Of a stretch of 64,000 nucleotides of DNA, positions 1 through 10,605 are shown in pieces. A program made the position numbers and the translations under genes. The DNA comes from Zygnema circumcarinatum SAG 698-1b (Eukaryota > Plantae > Zygnematophyceae), in NCBI GenBank assembly GCA_037447605.1, contig CM074807.1:3174829-3238828 (forward strand), read 5' to 3'. Each line of letters starts with the position of its first letter. Within the stretch, counting starts at the first letter, position 1. The notes under the pieces were generated by a model. The model was given only the letters and a program-made list of their open reading frames with translations. It did not search any database and had not been told where the DNA came from.

Positions 1-366
1 AGCTTGCTTCGCTGGCTTAGAGTTGTTTGAAGTCACGAGAAAGTAAGCTCGCTAGTTTTTGAGCGGCGGTCGGTTGATCGTCCAAAGGTTAATTGCTCAA
101 TTCTCGTTATGGCGGAGCAAGCTTACCTTACTTTACGCACCTTTTGGTTATGCGCCTCTGTGTTTGCTTTGTATAACCATCTAATGTGGCCTGGTGTATA
201 CAATAATGCGCAAAACAGAAAGCTTGCCTTCAACCCTTTTGTGTTCGAGTTGATTGTTAGATGCTAACAAAGCGCGTTCCTAAAACAAGCTCAACATAAA
301 AATGTGTTCAAAGCTGAAAAGCCAGCTAATTTCTGAGTCAAAGATGTTCTTCGGTGCGAAACATTG

Positions 367-530
367 TTACCAACTCGATTTGTAAACGCCGCAAATTGCA
401 CCTTGGGAAGCAAGTTCTCGAAACACTATTCGAGAAATACGAAACCGTTTATATACAGAACGCGAACGACCAGTAAGAGTGCATCGATTTCTTATTCGTG
501 TTTTTGAACTATTTCTGGGTAATTCTGAGA
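367..530 (-). other. rps14: C-terminal half of mitochondrial-type ribosomal protein S14 (probable organelle-derived insert, NUMT-like)
   Basis: Translation [53 protein letters not shown] matches mitochondrial S14 (LPRNSS..RxRNRC..TGRx[17 protein letters not shown]) rather than plastid S14. Codons are AT-rich, and the N-terminal ~45 aa are not clearly present. Confidence 0.9.
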
Positions 531-670
531 TGCTGATTTCTGGAAAATGGGTCTCAGGAGACGAAGGCCGGACCCTGGACTGGTGGATTAAGTTGCAACA
601 ATCGTTGATCATTGAGAATATACAAATGAAAGATAAAGAGGGATGGAACGTTTTAGCCGGAATCAATCAC

Positions 671-3600
671 CTTCGCTGCATCAGACCGCAGCTTATCCTG
701 CACTCCGCGTCTCTGCTGGATATTGCCTATGGCCGCATAGTGCATGTGCGAAGGCAGAAGAGCCGCACTTCTCGAGCCACCAAGTGCTTGTTTGGCAAGG
801 GAACTGGGAAGTTTCTGATTTACACAACGAGAATGGCAGGTAAGCCGCACACAAGCAGGAAAGCTGAAAAGCAGCGAAGTAAGAATCCTTTTCCTAATCA
901 TACAGAGAATAGCGGATCCAAATGTTCAAGCACGAGAGCTGTTGAGGAGTTGTAAAACAATCGATGGGTGAATGAAAGTACCGATGGAGCAAGTTTTGCA
1001 GCCCTCTTCTGACGCACATACTCCATCAATGGGGTGACAATAATGGGCTCCTTCGTCACTCCAGCAGCTGCAAGCAGCAACAAACACAATCAATCAATAT
1101 CTTCCCAAAAAACATGTGCAAGCCTTGGGGGCCGCGAAGTGGGTTAATCGTGACGGAGAAAACTTCACATCCCTTGTACACGATATGGAGACTCTCGACC
1201 TTTTTGCTTTTTCTATTCAGGCAAAAAAACTTCGAGCAACCTTATTGCCTGCAGTCACGCTTACCTGCTTTCTCAGCCTCTTTGCGCTCAAGTTGCACCT
1301 CTGCGCTAGGAAGATTCTCTATTGGCTTCTCGAGGGCGGCCACAAAATTAAGATACTCTTCATCTGCAACCTCCAGCTTGAAGTTCCTTTTTCAGCAAGA
1401 CCTCCGGATGAGCAATTGAACAAACATCCTATGATAGTTGGAGCCTAAAATGGTTCGTGAGCCAACTCTTCCACAGCCACAAAAGGCTTCACAACGACAA
1501 CGCAAATCACACGTGTAGAGAGCATACACTTGCATCGATTGCCAATCCCCGACACTCTTTGCTCAGACTTTTTCAAGTGCCTGTCTCTATTCAACGGGCT
1601 GACAGGCAGGAACTTATATATAATTGCCCTGAAGATTGTAATAGGATACAGTCTCCCAGGTGATAATCCTATCAGGACCGGACCTTTCATTGTTATTGAC
1701 ACAACGCACAGGTTACTTTGCTTAGGGCCCCATAGACTTGTCCAAAGATTTATTTACAAAACCAATTCGGTAGTCATAGAACCCATTAACTTATTCCCGC
1801 ATATTCTAACACGCAACTAAGTAGGAAGAAGAGCTAAGACCTATCGAAAAACAGTAATAGCAGAGATGACATCTGCCTCCTGGAAATGGCTGTGAGCTGC
1901 AGGACAAAATTTATTTTGACAACTCAAAGTAAACTAGTGCAAATGTCTACAATGGACCTAAGCCTACAACATCAACCAGCAATCCGAACGGAAAAAGGCA
2001 TAAAACTTGACAATGGTTGCTCTCTAAAATGCTCCTATTTCATCTCTGTAGAGATTAGAAGTAACTTTCGGAGTAATGGCTGAACCTCCAAATTCCGAAG
2101 GCATTACTAGCATACGGAAGCTAATTGAATGCCCCAGCACGACCGACATTCTTGATTCCTATCATAGTATGCATTAGCCTGTTTCATCTCTGTAGAGATT
2201 AGAAGTAACTTTCGGAGTAACGGCTGAACCTCCAAATTCCGAAGGCATTATTAGCATACGGAAGCTAATTAAATGCCCCAGCAAGACCGTCATTTTGATT
2301 ACCTTTTTGGTCAGTTACTCAATGTACTCTTCAGGGAGCCCAACAATAGATGCAAAATGTGAAGGACGAGTTGCTCATATCAAGTAGAAAGGGGCATTTC
2401 CAATTAACCTATATATCTGTGCAGCATCTCCGAACTTCTGTGCACAAAAACCATACTCTGCATATGCTCTGTGTCAAATGTGACAGCTCACGGTCACGAA
2501 TTTATTTCCCATAAAAAAATTACTCCATCTCAAGGTCAGTTAGCGATGACGACGTGTACCTTCAAAAATAGTTCCCTCCTTTGCATCCTTTCTTGACTGT
2601 TTTGGAACCCTTTGAAACGGTGCGTACTCCACCAGAGCCTTGAACTGAACCCCTGCCTCCATCGTGCCCGAGCAGAGCATAGAATACGTAAGCGACACCT
2701 TCCAACAAATTTCAGTTCCGTTCCCTACTCGTGAAACGCTTGAACGTTAAGAAAATCGAACGCTGTTTCCCTCCCTTCAATAACTTAAGGTGTTGCCGGT
2801 ACAGTTGCTACTTCAGCCAGCAACTGACTGATAAGATTCAAAAATCCTCCCCTAAACCTAAAAGAAGAATGGTAACGTCACGGTTATTGATCGACTGGAA
2901 GAAAATGCTGGGTATCAATTGAAAGACAACAAACCAGAGCCATTTTTCCGAAGTAAAAAGCTCCCGCCCTCCCCCTCAACCCTCGAAATAGAAAGGACCA
3001 TCGGACCAATCATTTGCCCTACTACTTGAATGGCTAAGCATCCTACAAAAGACCGACTGCCATTAGTAATGTTAGACAAGGACCTGACAAAAAAGTTCCT
3101 GCTGTGAGAATCCGCAGCGACGGATTCCAGTATTATGGTTGCGCGAAAGCACATGAATTTACTGATTGAGAAAATGACTTTGAAAAATCTCTCACCTCTC
3201 TCGTTTGCAAAGATGTGACCCTGAAAGGCCTCCGCAAATTCAAACACGTCCTCCGGCTTCTTGAAGTTGAAGTATGCGCGGGAGTGTACAACTCTCTTGT
3301 GACTGCAAGGAGCCATCGATTCAGCAACGTGTCACTGCCACATGAGTTGAACGCTTTACATGGATCTATTCCCGACCACTTGAATCCTGTTCAGATCTTG
3401 TCCTCGTGCACAGAAGAAATGCCGAAAGCTGCGCAATGTCACAACCTTACTTCCTGCAATCCCTAACCTACACACCACCTAAGGAAATGACAGCGCACCT
3501 GGACTTGCCCGGAAAGAACGCAAACCAACTGTACCGCCCGGCGAAGCTCTTCGGCAGCGCCTCCAGGAAGGCCTCCTCCTTTAGCGTGGGGGGCAGGTGG

Positions 3601-3674
3601 CGCACCACCACCTTGACCTTCCCCGCCGGTTCTCTCTCTCTGTCTCTCATGGCGGGCGACGGCTGCATCGCCAT
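671..3674 (-). CDS. UPF3: Nonsense-mediated decay factor UPF3 (Smg-4/UPF3 RRM-like domain), multi-exon; 3' end uncertain
   Basis: Phase-compatible GT-AG exons 3674-3499 (KVVVRHLPPTLKEEAF), 3302-3196 (HSRAYFNFKKPEDVFEF), 2652-2560 (VEYAPFQRVPK), 1363-1265 (EYLNFVAALEKPIENLPSAEVQLE), 1067-982 (IIVTPLMEYVRQKRA) and probably 814-671. May continue into 579-367. Confidence 0.88.
2038..2302. repeat. Tandem duplication of ~120 bp (period 144 bp) in UPF3 intron 3
   Basis: tttcatctctgtagagattagaagtaactttcggagtaa...aatgccccagca occurs at 2038 and 2182. Confidence 0.9.
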
Positions 3675-3877
3675 GCGCGGGAGAGAGGAGAGACGGACGC
3701 TCCAGCCTCATCCAGGGCGGCCGCAGAGGCAGAGGCAGAGGCGGAAGCAGAGGCAGAGGCCGCGCTTCATCGGCATTCCAAGGCGGAGCTATGGCGGCCT
3801 CGCCCTCACCCTCTCGCAGCGCCTACGGCCCGCCCTCGCGTCCGCGGAGTCCCTCGTGGCCGCGTGGGGGAGTGGCC

Positions 3878-4017
3878 GCATGGGGCATGTGGACATGGGG
3901 GCATGGCCGCATGGGGGCATGACCGCATGGGGCATGCAGACATGGGGCATGAGTGCATGGGGCATGGGGGCATGAGTGCATGGGGCATGTGGACAAGGGT
4001 GCATGGGGGCACCCATG
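3878..4017. repeat. Degenerate (GCATGGG)-type simple repeat upstream of UPF3
   Basis: Repeated catggg(g)/gcatg units. Confidence 0.8.
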
Positions 4018-4479
4018 CTCACCCTTTCTTATGTTGACGGTTATTAAGTTTCAGGAACCAAAAAAGGACAAATCTGGAACGACGCATTCGGAAGAACCCC
4101 TGTTGTGGTAGGGATTATTAGTACTTGAAAAAAAGAAATTCTTTTGCGAATTTTGAACCAATTAAAACCAATTACCAATCAATTTAACACGTGGGGTAAT
4201 ACGAAACTTTTTACAACACCTGATCAAGTTAGGGGCTTTGCGAAATCAATCCCCTTTGTTATTGCTTACAAGCCGACAGAGGCTTTTGAGAGGACCACAT
4301 GTTGTCTGTTGCAGCTTTGTCGTAATGCACAGCCTGTACCCGTCAAGCACCGTACGGATAAGAAAGCGATATTTCCCAAGCACAGAAAGAAAGAAAGGCG
4401 GGACTTCAATCGGAATGCGAAGTAAGCAGCCAAGGGGGCAGAAGGGCTTCTCCTTGCTTTCTTCTTCTTTTTCTTGACA

Positions 4480-4758
4480 AGGGGGAGTCAGACCTTGACC
4501 ATCGCCCGCGGAATTGAAAGATTCCGCCGGCGGAGAGGTATTGATTTCGAATGCAGAATTCGGGTCGGAAACCGCGGCTCCCCCCGAACCTGTCTGTCCC
4601 GTCCGTACTTCGAAATAGGTTACAAAAATGAGATACAGGTTCGGCGCCCGAGCCTGTCGAACGTCCACTTTTGGCGAAAAAGGCCTGCCGTACAACGCGG
4701 AATTGGCCCGACGGGCTCGCGGAATTGGTTTGGCGATGGACAAGGTCTGACTCCCCCT
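4480..4758. mobile_element. MITE family A, copy 1 (~280 bp, 27-bp TIR)
   Basis: TIRs agggggagtcagaccttgaccatcgcc ... ggcgatggacaaggtctgactccccct; near-identical to 33175-33458; non-coding. Confidence 0.92.
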
Positions 4759-4952
4759 AATTAATCATCACTTACGAAGTTCCCGAATTCCTTATACTGT
4801 ACTAAAAGTCACTTCTTTCGTGTACGAATTCCGGGTTGGGCTCCGCGGCTCCGCCGTACACAGCCGTACCGAAATGCGTACCTAGCCAATGCTTAATTCG
4901 CCCGACAGGCTTACGAAACTGATTTGGCGATGGTCAAGGTCTGACTCCCCCT
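4759..4952. mobile_element. Right-end remnant of a related MITE (orphan TIR 4926-4952)
   Basis: Same right TIR ggcgatggtcaaggtctgactccccct, preceded by diverged subterminal sequence (aattcgcccgacaggcttacgaaactgattt versus aattggcccgacgggctcgcggaattggttt). Confidence 0.75.
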
Positions 4953-5572
4953 AATGTCCGAAAGGCGGAACAAAATTCAAGTTTTGCCGTGGCTCTGAAA
5001 ATTGGGGTTCTGATGAATCGATGGATTTTAGTTTCCTTGTATTTCACTCGTAAACAGTTCCAGTTCCAGTTACTGTTCCATGTCTGGTTGCAGATTTCAG
5101 TTCCAGTCTTAATGTGATAGTGAAATCTGCACATGCGAATGCATGTGCTCCTAGATTTATCGTGGTGTGCACAAGATCGATCCATGCACTTCAGCCCTGT
5201 TGCGTTCCACGCTCGCCCACCCTCTACAGTACACGTATATCTCCGTTAGTGACGGTTGAGACGCACAGACAAAAGTGGAAATTTCACGGCCCAAATCTTC
5301 TTACAACCAATCAGGGGTCGTCAAGAGATTTTACTGAGTCAGCTACATACATACATACAACGTCAGCATCCGTGTCAGCACAATCTCAAAACGATCCCTG
5401 ATTGGTTGTTGGAAGATTTGGTACGTGAAATTTTCCTTTTTGTCTGTGCGTCTTAACCTTTTCTATGTCGAGTAGGACGCACTTAACCAGTCCTCAGTTG
5501 TTGCTGACGTGGACGCACAAAAGTCAACGTCCCGGACCCTATCTTCCATGGCCGACAACGCGAAACGAGAGT

Positions 5573-5742
5573 CACGTGGCGCCTGATGGAAACAACCGAT
5601 CCCGCCACGTGGTGGACTTTTGCCACCCAAGAGGCCCTCCTCCCGGGTCCCCTTTTTTTTTTTTTTTTTTTTTGCAGACCACGTGGCACTCCACGTGGAC
5701 GCCCACCTGCCACGTGAGCAGCTCCCCCCAGTTCTACACGTG
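5573..5742. promoter_or_regulatory. Cluster of six G-boxes (CACGTG)
   Basis: CACGTG at 5573, 5606, 5680, 5692, 5711 and 5737, about 250-420 bp upstream of the ATG at 5998. Confidence 0.55.
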
Positions 5743-5997
5743 TCGTGCGCGTGGGTGGAGTGGCCGTACGGCTTAAAAGGTTATTGGGGGTCAGTTCCCG
5801 TCTTTCGGGCTTGTGAGGTTTCGCGAGAGGAGAAACCGTTTCGTTTGTGAGAGGAAGGAAGGAGAGGGAGGGGAGGGAGAGGGAGAGAGAGAGAGGCATT
5901 TTCTCTTCGTCGGCATCACAGAGCTTCTCTCTCTGCAGATAAGGTTGAGCGCGCTCTGCGAAACCTTGCGGGCTCAGCGAAGAGGAGCTCTCAACCC

Positions 5998-6745
5998 ATG
6001 GAGGTGGAGGGGCACAGAGAGAGGGAGAGGGAGAGGGAGAGGGAAAGAGAAAGAGAGGGAGACGAAGAGAAAGAGGCAGAGGAAGAGGGAGAGGACCGCT
6101 TCCACGCCCTGGACGACGGAGTTCTTTTCAGAATACTGGCGATGCTGTCGCACCCGCGCGACCTCGCCGCCGCCATGACCGTCTCCAGGCGGTGCTTCGC
6201 GCTCGGTGAGGGAGGGAGGGAGGGGGTGGAGGGAGGAAGGGGGGGAGTGTTGGAAGGAAGGGAGGGGGGGAGGGAGGGAGGGGAGGAGGGAGGGACGGAG
6301 GGAGGGAGGGGCAGGGAGGGCGGGAGGGAAGGAGGGCCGGGGTAGGGGAGAAATAGACAGATAGAGAGAGAGGCAGAGAGAGATAATTAGAGAGAAGGAG
6401 AGAGGGGGGGAGGGGGAGAGGGAGTGGGAAACCTGACCCGACTTTTTCATCTCCCTGTCTGAGTTGCAGGTGAGGAGAGACAGCTCTGGAGGTCCCTATC
6501 CATGAGGCTGTGCTCCGCTGACGCCCTCAACAGAGTGATCGGCTATCAACCCCCTCCCTCCCTCGCCCTCTCCCCCTCTCTCCCTCGCCCTCTCCCTCCC
6601 ACACTTCTAAAGATGGAATCGCAGGCGTTCGCTGCGCTTGCGTGGCAATAAGCCGCTCCGCTGCAGTCTTCGAAAAACTGTATCCGTTACGCGTTACATG
6701 CGTCCAATGCGGCTGACTATCTTCGCGACATAGCTAATTCGTTAG
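5998..6745 (+). pseudogene. F-box gene resembling the At4g00755 family, apparently truncated with an internal stop
   Basis: Exon 1 has an F-box-like segment DRFHALDDGVLFRILAMLSHPRDLAAAMTVSRRC. The exon after the acceptor near 6470 reads RQLWRSLSMRLC...LKMESQAFAALAWQ*AAPLQSSKNCIRYALHASNAADYLRDIANSL, with TAA near 6649. No further exons were recognised. Confidence 0.6.
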
Positions 6746-7767
6746 GTTCTGTGATTTTGTTTTTTTTTTTTTTTTTTTGTTTGATGCTACTCATAACCCT
6801 AACCTAACCCTAACCCTAATTCGGATGATAAGTTTAGGTTAGCTTCAATTCCAATAAGTAAGTAATTATCAACCTTAAGTATCAACCTCAAAGTTAACCT
6901 TAAACAAGACCTAAAGTTAAATCGTTTTACTTCTTGTATTGATCATGACCTTAAGCTGAATCTTCTCCGATACCATAACCCTAATGATATGAACTTAAAA
7001 GGCAAAATCAGTAATTCTAACTATTCGGTCTTAACTCGAGTTGAGCCTTTTGTTAACCTTGACAAATGGTTAGGGTTTGAGGGAATCCCATTTGCACTTC
7101 AATGTCTAACTTATCTTCATCGCCTTTTTCCCACCACTCCGTCTCCCTCTTCCTCTCCCTCTCCCTCACCCCCCCCTCTCTCTCTCTCTCTTCCTCTCTT
7201 CTCTCTCTCTCCTTTGGAGAAAATGACGGTGGTGCCTTATCAACGTACATCCTTCCCCCCACCCCCCTCCCCCTCCTCCTCCCCCTCCCTCACTCTCTCT
7301 CTCTCTCCCCTCCCCCTCTCTCTCTTCCTCCCCTCCCTCCCTCGATCCCTCCTGTCTCAGTTTGTATATCTCTCTCTGAATCGAACGGATATATATCAGT
7401 AATTTCAATTATCATATTTGAACCCTTTCTCCATTTTTCAATGCAGTTCATGATCGATAGGGCGAGCGACAGACCTATGCTGCCAAAGCTGTGAGGTTTC
7501 GTTAAGTCGACGGTTGCGAGTCGGCACAAAAAACTGACCATCACCTTAAACATCATTCAGGGTCTCTATTCTTTGATTATGAGTATACTTTCTCTCACAT
7601 TTATGGAATTATTCGCTGCTTATTCCATAAAACAATTATGACTCGTAAGTGCTGTAAAAATGCACAATTAGAAGTCAATTTTTCTCATCTGAAAAAAAAA
7701 AGAGAAACTCCAATTGGCAAAACTCCAATTTGTCGAAAACTGAATCTCTACCAAACGCTTTCCTCGC

Positions 7768-7873
<106 letters not shown>

Positions 7874-8099
7874 GAGAGAAAGAAAGTGAGAGATTTTGAT
7901 GTTCCACACCAAAAAACGCATTGTTCTCAACATTCCAAAAGCAAACTGTTCGAGTCCTAAAACTGAACAACAAGATATTTCAGCTTTTGAAACTTTTTAC
8001 ACCACCTACCCCCCCCCCCAAGCAAAGTACAAGCAAAGCATCCGATGGCATTCTTTTTACACTATGTACTGAGATGGCTCGCACACATCAGAAGTCGCT

Positions 8100-9550
8100 T
8101 CAAAGGGTCTGCACCTTCACTCCCTTCTTGGGCTCCATCTCTCCCTCTCCTCCCTTCACCTTTCCTTCAGGTTGCTTCTCTACTTCCCCTTCCTTCTCTT
8201 CCCCCTCCTCCATACGCACCTTCACTACCCCTCCTTCCTCAACTCCTTCCTCCATGGCCTCAGTCGGCATCGCAGGAGGCTTCGCCTCCTCGCTCGTGTC
8301 AATCACAGGCACCTGCAACCAAAAAAACAATAAAAAATAAACGAAGAGATAGAAATTAATCAATCAAAAGCATATGCCTTTGTGCAACCCTCTCAACAAA
8401 AAAAAAAAAACCAAAAAAAATAAAAAAACCCCTTCAAGCAAGAATGTCCTCCTCCTCCTCTCTCTCTCTACCTGAATAACAGGCTCCCGCGGATGCTCCT
8501 GCTTTTTGGGGACCACCACTTTGAGCACTCCGCCGTTGAACTGAGCCTTCACGGCGTCGCAGTCGCAGTCCTTTGGCAGCTTGAAGCGGCGCCGGAACAT
8601 GCCCCCGCGCCGCTCCTGGCGGTGGATGATCGCTCCCTCCTCATTGGCTGCAGGGTCCAGCGCCGCCCTCTTTCCGCCAATCACAAGCACGCACTGCTCG
8701 ATCTGCACATTGATGTCCTCCTTGGAAGCTCCCGGAACATCCGCAACAAAAACATGCGCACTGACACCCGGAAAAAAGGATCAGAGAGACCTCCTTAAGA
8801 CTCAGAAAAAGGTGGGTTTTTTTAATTGCAGTAAAAGATGGTTAGTCACGTACATAAAGTATAGAATGGAACATTTTTTCGGTTTTTTTTTAGGAATTTT
8901 TATTGCAGGAAAGGTTGAGATCACCTCGGCGTTTCAATGACATCCATGGGCGCTGGCATGCGCCGGCGGCCCTTGCGGCGCATTTTGGGGTGCCATTCTT
9001 CATAGTCGAGAGCTTCTTCCTCTCCCTCTTCCTGATACTCCACATAGATGCTGGAAGGGTCCATGCTCCGCTGCACATCACAGCACAGCACTAGCACATC
9101 ATCATCATCAGAACGTAAGGTAAAGATTCTCATTGGCCTGTTTTTTCTTCTATGACTTCTAGTACAAAAGCAAGAAAAAATAACAGAACTTCAGAACTTC
9201 GTTTACAGTCCTCTCTAGTTCCTCTTCCGGCCCCTCCAGTCCTAATAAATGATCTACAACTGCAAAAAGAAACACAGTACATGCTGCAGCAGATTCAAAC
9301 AACCCCCCCATGTCTGACCAATTCAAATTCCAGTTATTGCAATGTCCCTGCAACGCACCTGCTGAGTATCGCCGAAGTCCCACCCCCCTCGCTTACCCCC
9401 TCGCCGCCCTCGCCCTCGCTCTCCCTCTCCCTCCCCCACCTCCCTCCATGGGAGGTAAGTGCTAGTCAGCCCGAGTCCCAAGTCTTCCACGATGTCAGAC
9501 AGAAGATAGTCATCAAACAGCCCGGGACCACCCCATCTGCGTCCAGCCAT
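8100..9550 (-). CDS. Small heat-shock protein (HSP20/alpha-crystallin domain) with acidic C-terminal tail, 3-4 introns
   Basis: Exons encode PMDVIETP / AHVFVADVPGASKEDINVQIE..LVIGGKR..HRQERRGGMFRRRFKLPKDCDCDAVKAQFNGGVLKVVVPK / VPVIDTSEE...VQTL*. ATG at 9550 (MAGRRWGGPGLFDD). The exon 1 donor is uncertain. Confidence 0.88.
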
Positions 9551-9705
9551 GGCTGCCGTGACGTTACAGGATACTCCCCCTCTATTGATCCTCCCGCTGT
9601 TCTGCCGCAGCTCTCGCCTCCAAGGTAGAGAGGAGGAGGAGGGGCGGACGAAGAAAGAGAAAGAAGATGGAGAAACGCCCTCGGAAAAGAGAGAGGAGGA
9701 AGAGC

Positions 9706-9795
9706 GATTATAAAGGGGAGGGAGCGGCGAAGGGAGTCTGGAACACGCCATGGAAGCTCTCAAGCCAATAGAAGGACCTAGAAGAAGCTTCTCCG
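9706..9795 (-). promoter_or_regulatory. TATA-like box and heat-shock elements upstream of HSP20
   Basis: TTTATAA on the minus strand near 9707-9713; nGAAn modules at 9771 and 9781; AGAAGCTTCT (nGAAnnTTCn) at about 9783-9792. Confidence 0.55.
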
Positions 9796-10084
9796 TTTCA
9801 TGACAGCGAGAAGGGGCGGACGTCCGCTGTCCATGCGCCACGTGTTCACAAAGCGCGGAATCCCCGTGCATGGGTTGGTGCCAACGAAGCAGAGCATTGG
9901 TAGCCATTGCGGAAGGAAGCTTGGTAAACATGCAGGAAACATGGCGGATGCTGGCTCAAAGCGGGCAGAAGATGTTGCTGACGTGACCGGCGGGCATGCA
10001 TGGCCTTGCATGGACCATTCACATGCTTAGTTAGAAACCGTGCGGTCTTTTTTTTTTTTTTTTTTAGCCCTGGGTCGGTCCCCC

Positions 10085-10605
10085 AGCCAGCCTGACCCAT
10101 TGGATGGCAATGGTTGCCAACCATTGGATCACGATCCAGCCAACCATTGCCAATGGTTCTGATCCATTGGATGGCAATGGTTGCCAACCATTGGATCGCG
10201 AGCCAGCCAACCATTGCCAATGGTTCTGAATGATTGGATGGCAATGGTTAGCAACCATTGGATCGTCCAACCATTGCCCTGTCGCTATCGCACAAGAATG
10301 CACAGTTCGGACCAGTGGATCGGCAACCATTGGACAACCATTGGATGGCAAAGGTTGGACGTCTACTGGTTGGCAACCAGTCGACTGGTTGCCAACCAGT
10401 GGCATCCACTGGTTCCAAACCAGTCGAATGGTTGTTTCGGTCCGCAACCACTGGTTGGCAACCAGTCGAATGGTTGTTTCGGTCCGCAACCACTGGTTGG
10501 CAACCAGTCGAATGGTTGTTTCGGTCCGCAACCACTGGTTGGCAACCAGTCGAATGGTTGTTTCGGTCCGCGACCACTGGTTGCCAACCAGTCGACTGGT
10601 TTGTC
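10085..10605. repeat. Palindrome-rich tandem repeats (~59-bp and 39-bp units)
   Basis: ccattggatggcaatggttgccaaccattggatc occurs three times; aaccagtcgaatggttgtttcggtccgcaaccactggttggc occurs four times (10418-10590). Confidence 0.9.
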
